A stretch of 31,475 bases of DNA from Paraspadella gotoi. Taxonomy: Eukaryota; Animalia; Chaetognatha. Under the pieces are notes generated by a model that had not been told where the DNA came from, ran no database searches, and saw only the letters and a program-made list of their open reading frames with translations. Each line of letters opens with the position of its first letter. The stretch's first letter is position 1. Positions 24,576 to 31,475 of the stretch are shown here, in pieces. The stretch spans positions 16,298,576 through 16,330,050 of the forward strand of contig CM119271.1 in the NCBI GenBank assembly GCA_051294375.1, read 5' to 3'. The position numbers were made by a program, and so were the translations under genes.

Positions 24576-25854
24576 TGTAGGCCAGCAAGACTTAAAGCTG
24601 CCTCACTGCTGTCCGTCCTTCAAGCCTTTCTGTCTCAATGGCTGAGCAGGCTAAATACTCATCCATCCGTGCGGTCCCGCGGGTTCAATCCCTGGATATC
24701 CGGTTCTGCTTAAATGTGACGGTGCCGGTATTAAACATGCAGTTGGACAGGCAGGCGGTCACTGAGGTCCGCCAGCCCCTACGCAGTTGGTGAGATACCC
24801 CGCGCCCCGGGTATCAACAGGCTATCCTCCCGTTGCCATAAGTGCGTGAGCCCTTACTATCGAACACGGCAACCTTCTTCAGGGTACGCTACGACAACGG
24901 CCCTATTGCCCTGCCCCGACTTCGGGTACGTGCTACGACAAACGCCTATGGCCCTGCGGGTACGCCTACACAAACGCCTATGCCCCCACAAACTCGGCCG
25001 CTCTCTTCTTTCTCTCTCTCTCCCACTATGGTAACAGTCTTGTCAGACCCACCTCTCAGGCTTGAGGAAACCTGAGTGATGTCTTGGCCCGGGGGATCCT
25101 GTGGCGGATATATTCACACCGCCTCACGTCCACCATCCTTTCAGCCAAATCCATTGGCTCAGAGGTGGGAACCACATCCATCCAAGTGTTTAGTGTTTCC
25201 ATCCACAGTCCTAACGACTTCCCTCTGCGTGCCAAGCAGGAGACCGTCCTAGGGTACGCGCCAGTGACTGGAGGCGTCACTGGCGGTCGAAGCCCCCAAA
25301 GCCAACAGGAGATGCCCATCCCAATGGGGCCATCACAGGCAACCTGACTGTGCCATAAGTGGGAGCCCTACTCTCGAACACGCAACCGCTGCGCACCATG
25401 CGCCCACGCTTTACGTCGCTTAGGGTATGCATATCACTCCTATGCCCTACTTCTCTTGGTAACGCTCCAGACTCGCTCGCTCGCTCGCCCCGCTCTCACT
25501 ATGGCAATGAGATCAAAAAACCTTCTCTCAGACATCTCCTTCGCGGATTGAGGCCCCCTGTGGAGAAGTCTGGTGGGGGGATCTGTGGCAGCAAGACTTA
25601 AAGCTGCCTCACTGCTGTCCGTTCCTCTCAAGCCTTGTCTCAATGGCTGAGCAGGCTAAATCATCTAATTTCCATCCGTCGCGTCCCGGGTTCAATTCCC
25701 TGGGTATCCCGGTTCTGGGCTTTAATGTGACCGTGCCGCGTATAACATGCCAGTGACAGGAGATGGGTCACTGAGGTATTGTCCGCAGGCCCCTACGCCA
25801 GTTGGTGAGATACCCGCGCCCCGGGTATCACAGGCTATCCTCACCGTTGCCATA
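24576..25854 (+). mobile_element. chimeric tandem TRIM array: LTR-A (24576-24840), int1, LTR-B (25100-25357), int2, LTR-A (25584-25854)
   Basis: Flanked by AAAC / A(A)C. Absent from the equivalent intron of the plus Kelch copy (~15250). Each internal region has a PBS-like start and a GGGGGATC end. Confidence 0.9.
24639..24695 (+). promoter_or_regulatory. tRNA-type Pol III promoter in LTR-A (repeated at 25644-25703)
   Basis: A box TGGCTGAGCAGG; B box/T-arm GGG-TTCAATC-CCTGG. Confidence 0.75.
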
Positions 25855-26596
25855 AACCTTAATTTAAAGGTCCATTGTTCAAATTGCACGTTTTGAGAAA
25901 ATTCAATTTTATTAAATTAGTAACAATTTTTAAAAAGATGTAGAGAACGCATCGAAAATATGTAATATCACAAAGACGTTGACGAAAAAATTTTTAAAAA
26001 TTTATGGAGAAATCAATATTTTTTAAATTATTTTTCTTTTTTTTACGTTTAACGTCGTGAAGAAAAAAATTAATAAATGAGGAAGAAAGAGAAAAGAAGA
26101 AAATTTAAATCTAGATCGAACCTTAACGAGAGCACCTGTTTTCTTTATCGAGGAAAGTCGATTTTTCTGGCTTGAGTGTGTTAGTTGTTAAACATAAAAG
26201 TTTATATTTATAAAAAAATATTCGTTACTTACCCATATTATTTACACGAATCGAAAACCCCAAAAATACTTCACTAGTATATCATAAGTAAATAGTTGTT
26301 TGATTCTCACTTCACGCGAACTTAGGCAAAAAAAGTCTTTCGATATTTTCATCTTATATTCATCAAAAATGTTTTCAGCAAAGAAAAGAAGAATCTCAGC
26401 CTCACTTATAAAATTAAGCTTTATCTAAATTATAAGTTATACAGGGGTGGGACCCGATATCGAGACAAAATTTTAAAAATCTTTACTCTAAAGCTCTTAA
26501 TGATTTTTAAAATCTGAATAAATATTTGTATAACATTCTCTATCTTATAGCAATTATTAGAACGATATCGATATGATATTTTTCTATATGATAGTT

Positions 26597-26865
26597 ATGT
26601 GGACGGAAGAATCCAGGCCAAGCCGTTATACACATAATAACAGCAGGCCAATCTGGTGCCGAGAGGCAAGTCATTCTCCTCCACAACTATAAGGTCTAGG
26701 GTTGCTTAAGTCGTGGAGCCGGCCTAGCAGTATAAGGAGGACGGGGCGAATAACCCGCTCGTGTAAACATAGGTAGTTACAGCCTGTTATGGCAAGCATC
26801 AGGGACTGCATTATCAATCTGACGGTTGTCACTAACACATTAACAAGATACAAGTTACTGTTCAT
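26597..26865 (+). mobile_element. degenerate solo LTR-C, inverted relative to the adjacent array
   Basis: GGTGCCGAGAGGCAAGTCA, GGACGGGGCG..TAACCCGC and TCAGGGACTGC match the reverse complement of 27305-27541. Confidence 0.7.
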
Positions 26866-27304
26866 TCACAGAGTTAAAGTTTGGTAAATTACGTGTATGA
26901 AAGTTTTACATATTTTATTAGCAAACTTACTTTATTCAAGAAATTTGTTAACGAATATTGTCCAGATAATTAATTAAATGGCATTGTATATATTATTGAA
27001 TGCTGAATATAAAAGCGTAAAAAATACATCAAGTAATTTGACAATTTAAGCATATTAGCGTTATGAATCTTTCCTAACAATTTTGTTTCACGTTACCTGA
27101 AAAAAAAAATTAGAATAGGTTTAAATTTTGGATAGTGATGAAAAGATTAAAATCAGGTCAATTGAAGATAAGACATAACACTGTCATAATCAGAAACGAC
27201 CATTGAAAAATATTAACAAGTATGCCTTTTATCGTATGTAATACAATGCGCTTGCATAAAAACGACTAAGTGTTTTTAAAACATCCACGACGCCTTGTAG
27301 CTGC

Positions 27305-28422
27305 TGAAGAGACAGTAATATTATTGATAAGTGTTAATGACAGAACCGTTCAATATAGCAGTCCCTGAGCTTCGGATCAGGTTCGTAACACCATGTTACA
27401 GGCGGGTTAAGCGCCCCGTCCCTCTGTACGCCAGACAACCACGCGGGCTAGAACCCCGGACCTTTGGGTTGGGAGGCGAATGACTTGCCTCTGCAGACCA
27501 ATGGCCGCTGATGAACGGTTGGTGGATTTTAGTCCACCATACATCCCCCCCTCCGCGTAGGAAGATTCTGTTGCGTCTTCTTCAGTGAATTGTTGTTGTT
27601 GGTGGAAAGTTCGTCACCAAGTTGAGGCATGTCGCCTGATGTGTTGTGGGCGGAAAGTGCATCGCCAGGTTGAGGCATGTCGCCTGAAAGTGTTGTTGTT
27701 TGCTGTTGTGTTCGAGAGTCCGGGCTCACAAATGAAGAGACAGTAATTATTGATAAGTGTTAATGACAGAACCCTTCAATATAAGCAGTCCTGAGCTTCG
27801 GATCAGGCTGTAACACCATGTGTTACAGGCGGGTTAAGCGCCCCGTCTTACTCTTAACTGCCAGACGACCACCGCTGGCTAGAACCCCGGACTTTGGTTG
27901 GGAGCGATGACTTGCTTCCGGCACCAATGGCCGCTGATGAACGTTGGTGGATTTTAGTCCACCATATCATCCCCCCTCCCGTAGGAAGATGTCTGTTGCG
28001 TCTCTTCAGTGAATTGTTGTTGTTGGTTGGAAAGTTCGTCACCAGAAGTTGTAGGAGCATGTCGCCTGATGTGTTGTGGGGCGGAAAGTGCATCGCCAGG
28101 TGTGAGGCATGTCGCCTGAAGTTGTGTGTTTTGCTGTTGTGTTCGGAAGTCGGGCTCACCAATGAAGAGACAGGTAATTATTGATAAGTGTTAATGACAG
28201 AACCCTTCAATATAAGCAGTCCCTGAGCTTCGGATCAGGCTGTAACACCAATGTTACAGGGCGGGTTAAGGCCGCCCCGTCTCTCTTAACTGCCAGACGA
28301 CCACCGGCTAGAACCCCGCGACCTTTGGGTTGGGAGGGAACGTCCACGGGAATGGACTTTGCTATCCGCGCGCACCAAATTGGCCGCTGCCATGAACGGT
28401 TGGTGGATTTTAGTCCACCATA
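27305..28422 (-). mobile_element. tandem-array TRIM family C (LTRs 28422-28163, 27966-27733, 27541-27305, with two internal regions)
   Basis: CTGC TSD at 27301-27304 and 28423-28426; the empty site AAGCAGCTAC is seen near 10710 and 18717. On the minus strand the LTR runs TATGGTGG...TCTTCA, the PBS is TGGTGAGCCCG and the PPT is GGAGGGGGGATG. Confidence 0.92.
27865..27934 (-). ncRNA. tRNA-like (Gly-CCC-resembling) module within LTR-C; not a canonical tRNA
   Basis: Consensus across copies: GCGGCCA-TTGGTGCC.GA.GC..TCATCGCCTCCCA..AGGTC-CGGGGTTCTAGCC..GG-TGGTCGT. The 7-bp acceptor-like stem GCGGCCA/TGGTCGT and A/B boxes are present; the anticodon stem is not paired. Confidence 0.6.
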
Positions 28423-29909
28423 CTGCTTAATTTTTTTTTCATTGCATATAAGAGTAAAAGCTAAAAAGAAAATTGGCCACTAATTTTATTATTGTATTTC
28501 AAATCGTTCAGACAGGGCAAGACGTTAAGTTTAGTCTCGATATAGGGTCCCACCCCTGTAAGTTTAAATCTATTCAATTTTTTTGTTAATGCTTCTCTTC
28601 TATGTACTCACCAATTAAATTATTACCTTAGTTATTTCGCAATTAACTAGAAGAAAAGTTGAAACTCGGGGGAAGGAGGAGAATCTAAAAACCAAAACAT
28701 TTATTCATTGGTTTCAAGTAAAATCTCACATATGGTTTCAATTCTATTTTAATAATAATATTACTTTTATGTTGTATGATTCCTTTTCAGAGTTTCTCTT
28801 GTTTTATTTCATTTATTTTTTTCTTGACTCAATTAATAATAATAGAGCATGCGGACTTTCAGCGACTACCTCGGTGCTTTTGCGCTTTGGTAGTTAAAAT
28901 TTTCTTCCGGATTTGCTAGTATAACAGATTCTGGCTCAATAATCCACTTTGTCTGTGCGTCAGTCCCACCGCAAAATCTTGTCAGTAAGTCACTTAAAAC
29001 ATATCAGAACATCGAATTATAATAAATTATGTTCGAAGAAAAAACATATTTTTTTAAACAAACAATGATTTGTTTTTATTTGGGGAAAAAAGTATGTTTC
29101 GACTCTTTTGCGAGCCTTCTCAGCTGCATATCTTTTTTCCCAAATAAAAACAACATTGTTTGTCACAAAACTTTGTTTTTCTTTGAATTTACAGTCGCAA
29201 CGAATAAGGGCTTAACTTAATGACAATGTCGATAAATTATGTAAATAAAAGATGTCTCTCCATCCCTCCGTCTCTGTCCATCCGTCCGTCCATCTATCCT
29301 CCGTCCGTCCATCTATCCATCCGTTCCCATTTAGCTTTAAACAACATCAATTTACTCATAAGTAAATTAGGTGATTAACCAGAAATTTTGTGTCTGTGTG
29401 ATTAAGCAGGTGAAAAAGTTTCGATGGAATCGTCCAAGTGAAAATAAATTCAAATGAAAAAAATTAATTGTTTACTACATAGTTAATTTTTTTTTCTTTT
29501 GTAATAATATTACCATCGACATCATAAGAAAAGTGAATTGGACTGAATCAATTTTAAAACTTTATTGAGCTGTGTCGCGAGAAACTCTATAACTCACTTT
29601 TCGGTCGGTTGGTTGATATGTCTGTACCATGTTTCAAATGCTATAACGTCGGTACTAATGTTGCATCTATTAAGTTTATATTTGTTAGGAAGGTACCATA
29701 AGACCTTTAATATGCATTTGTATTATCTTTGTGCAGTCACATGATCAATTGATCATGTAGCCGTATTCACCAAAGACCCCCTAAGTCCCAGTACAACCCT
29801 CTTTCCATTGTACATAAATATATATATAATACATATAATACATACATATACATATACATATACATATATATAATACATATCATACATATACATAACAATT
29901 TTCTCGTTT

Positions 29910-31475
29910 CTATTTCTTCCTCACTTGTAATATCGAAGTGATTTCACCTGTTTTCACTGGCGCCCTGATTTTGATGACTGGCGACTTTTCCGTCAAATGA
30001 GGATTTCCTTCTTCTGTCAGCGCAAGAATCAGTAAATCTTTAGTGTTGATCAACATTCGTCCAATTTTGAAAATTGTTTAGTCCGGCCAATTGAGACGAT
30101 TAGGATCCAGGACTAGGACTGTAGTTTTTCAAGATTTAATTTAATTCCTTTGGGAATTTTACAATCTTTACAGGGTGTTATATCATGTGAAGTCTGAGAC
30201 AATCAAAGAGTGGAATCGGATTAATCAGTTTGAGTGGAGATAAACGAGAAGAATCTTCTATTAATGGAAAATCTCCCTCAATGTATTTGCTATGATTTGA
30301 GAATATTCTGGTGACATGAGAGCAAACTGTATTAGTTCGCAAATGATTTGGCCTAATCTCCAATCATTCATTTTTGTACCATGTCCTGTGATATGTCTTT
30401 ACAACGTTTCTTATCACAATGCCGACTCTTTCTTTATTTTCATTCTGTGTGTCGTAAAATAGCAACAGTGCAACGAAATAGAGTAGAGGACAGAGTCAGT
30501 CAGATTTGTGCATTGTTTTTGGGGCATCTAATGGTTTATGACATCGTGTCAGATATAACTCAAAATTAACTCCCTAAGATTACGATGATAGAACTTGAAT
30601 ACTGATATTGTTTCTAACACCTCTCGTCAAGTATTTGCTCATAAGTACTAAGTCTTAGTACAGATTCTAAATCATCATCAGATAATAAGATCTTAGATCA
30701 TCTTCTTTTAAATTGGCAAATCCGTGGAGTGAATTTCCATTGCAGATAAAAACTGCTTTTCCAAGAGCGTCAGGAGTCGATTGTCTCTTTGTACTATATC
30801 CTTTAAAAAGTTTGTTCTCATTATTTTTTTTTTCTCCTCTCTGTACTGTCCTTCAGATATATCACCAGATTTCCTTCTGTTTTTCAATAATTTTTAATTC
30901 TCCGACTTCATTGCCATAGCAACGAGAGGCAAAAAGAATGTCCAAGACAGTTTTAATTTCCTGACTTAATAAACCGGAATCTACTAATGCGCAATAAGCG
31001 ACAGTATACAATGGAACCTGCATCCAAGAGAAAAACTTCCTACTTGCTACACATTCATTTAGTATGCGAAGTTTCTTTTTATCTGAATCTTTAGAAAAAG
31101 GAAACTTCTTAACTAATTCCTCTACTTTTTCCTGATTTAAGTCATTGATTTTGAACTCAATCAGTTTTTCATCTTCTAAATCCAAAATATCTTTGCCTTC
31201 AGGTCGAGTGAGAAAGATGAATGCGCTTTTTGAATAGAAAGACTGACTTTCTCTGATGAATCTTATTGCGCCAGTTTGATCTTTGCTTTCATCAAGACTG
31301 TCGATCAACCACAAGATTTTATCCTGCTGTTGATTAAAGATTTCCTCCAGAATAATCAACTCGTTTTGAAATAGAGATAAGAGGCCATAGTATTGATGTA
31401 ACATATTTTGAAATAATGTTTTTTTACAATCAACCTCTTTCATATCTATTCTAATAACTGCATAGTATTCTTGAA
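29910..31475 (-). CDS. NACHT-domain NTPase copy 3 (diverged paralog), 5' part beyond the window end
   Basis: ORF 30862-31443 has ILWLIDSLDE, FLTRP and VPLY. The C-terminus reads ...HLTEKSPVIKIRAPVKTGEITSILQVRKK* with the stop at 29910-29912. Several indels lie in between. Confidence 0.8.

Larger units (their letters stand above)
26442..28558. mobile_element. Tc1/mariner-type non-autonomous DNA transposon with nested TRIM-C
   Basis: TA|CAGGGGTGGGACCCGATATCGAGAC ... GTCTCGATATAGGGTCCCACCCCTG|TA. No transposase seen. Confidence 0.85.
22100..31475 (-). repeat. inverted segmental duplicate of the NACHT-transposon-Kelch block (~7530-17810)
   Basis: Collinear reverse-complement matches along the NACHT CDS, 3' flank, TIRs, and Kelch exons and introns. 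The arms differ by substitutions and by independent element insertions. Confidence 0.85.

Noticed and set aside
27360-27420. Pistol or twister-sister ribozyme suggested by CTTCGGATCAGG and TAAGCG
   Set aside because: The required pseudoknot and motif order could not be built.
27865-27934. Functional tRNA gene, or an element-encoded primer for its own PBS
   Set aside because: The anticodon stem is unpaired and its 3' end (..TGGTCGT) is not complementary to TGGTGAGCCC.
27305-28422. CRISPR-like array, or a hammerhead at CTGATGA (27508, 27934)
   Set aside because: Units are ~430 bp with near-identical internal regions and LTR/PBS/PPT/TSD hallmarks. No GAAA follows the downstream hairpin, so there is no hammerhead core.

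Overview
AT-rich eukaryotic, probably invertebrate, genomic window with N gaps and many indels that look like uncorrected long-read errors. The host genes are a cluster of apparently intronless NACHT (NLR-like) NTPase genes with no visible LRR, at 71+, 6399+ and 29910-31475-, plus fragments. A multi-exon Kelch-repeat gene missed by the ORF track is present twice (15290-17111+, 22798-24537-). The NACHT and Kelch genes lie in one ~10 kb block duplicated in inverted orientation. Nested in it are a Tc1/mariner-type non-autonomous element, a Kolobok-type foldback MITE and a Penelope-like remnant with inverted minimal hammerhead ribozymes. Most notable are four distinct families (A-D) of miniature LTR retroelements (TRIM-like). 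They share a TGGTGAGCC-type primer-binding site and a GGGGGAT(C/G) polypurine tract, make short (about 4-bp) target duplications, and carry tRNA-derived Pol III A/B-box modules in their LTRs. They occur as single elements, as a C-C-C tandem array, and as a chimeric A-B-A array inserted as one unit. Family assignments come from motif reading only; no database search was run.
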